A stretch of DNA of 64,000 bases, taken from assembly GCF_006345805.1 (NCBI RefSeq), contig NC_042999.1:131440001-131504000 (forward strand), in the 5' to 3' direction. The position numbers were made by a program, and so were the translations under genes. The stretch comes from Octopus sinensis (lineage: Eukaryota). Shown here in pieces: positions 63,008 to 64,000 of the stretch. Numbering within the stretch: the first letter of the stretch is position 1; each line of letters opens with the position of its first letter. The notes beneath the pieces were generated by a model. It was given only the letters and a program-made list of their open reading frames with translations, was not told where the DNA came from and ran no database searches.

Positions 63008-64000
63008 ATTTGTGCCTAGAAATGTTAGATGTATTGAGAACAAATATATATATATGAAAATATAATATTGAAACAAAGTTTTTGAAACTATTGGCATGTG
63101 TTTATACTTTTGCTTAGCACTCTGAAATAAATATTTATCAACTAGAGAAGTTCCTGCTCATTTGAATGGAACTATACCAAAGGCAAATACTGGTAAATTA
63201 AACCACTATAAGAAATTTAATACAAAAAGCCAATGAAAGCCTTAATCTTTGTTACGCCCAAATTTTAACCTAAATTCTTCATCTTATTCTTTGAAAGATT
63301 TGTTTGATATACCAATAAGTCATTTGATAACTAAATGATATCTCAATATTAAAGCTATAATAGATATTAGAACTAAATAAATTACACCAAAAATGTTATA
63401 TACTGTTAAATATTGACAGTCTAAGTAAAAAAAGAAAAACATCTTTTTATTTCATAATCAATTGATACATCAACACAGAAACAGCATAACTGATAAATAT
63501 AAAATATTCCATTTTAATCTATAATCACAAAACAAATAATTAGTTTAACCAACTTTTCGTTCATGCAATTTAGAGTCAAAAATTTATGAGCTAATCAAAA
63601 TCAAAACCACAAAACCCTAATCTAAATTTGCTTAACATATGCTTACATAGACTTATCACTCCTGCAAGAATTATTACATCACTAACAGATTAACAAATGC
63701 ATAAATGAATACAGATTTCACTAAGTGAAAGAGAGCAGTGTAGTTATGTGAATGACATTTTTTATTTCATCAACCTTAAAAGCAATTGAAGGTACAGTAA
63801 TATAAAGAGCCTCAGTTAGATACTGTAAAGCACTCTTGATGACTTTGGGTCTCTTTCAAGATATTCATGCTCATCTTGTTAAAAATATATATATATATAT
63901 ATACTATAGGGATAGGCTAGCTCCAGTCAGATTCACTTGAACAGACACATGTGGTAAAATCTTATCTCATTTAAGATCTGGCTGTTCGGTATTTAGGCTG

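Overview
This is AT-rich, microsatellite-laden animal genomic DNA. Its SINE, RTE and MITE repertoire points to an octopus (inference). Only one host coding exon is recognisable: a 142-nt minus-strand exon at 491-632 encoding the N-terminal BAR-domain segment of a RICH/Nadrin-type RhoGAP (ARHGAP17/ARHGAP44/SH3BP1 family). The preceding exon was not found, so the rest of the window is probably one intron of more than 63 kb (inference). That region holds tRNA-derived SINEs, a young 5'-truncated RTE LINE with a PHD finger, older RTE, R4/Dong and Penelope relics, a Tigger/pogo relic, and piggyBac-, hAT- and Tc1-type MITEs. The main hidden signal is 12 type-I hammerhead-ribozyme motifs from about 8 unrelated sequence families, read by hand. 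Most sit in short non-coding elements inserted in (TA)n/(TG)n tracts. Four elements are head-to-head palindromes with one hammerhead per arm, resembling Penelope inverted pseudo-LTR remnants. Several are nested in the central microsatellite of a SINE. Almost all ORFs in the supplied track are microsatellite or repeat artefacts. Coordinates of degraded repeats are approximate.
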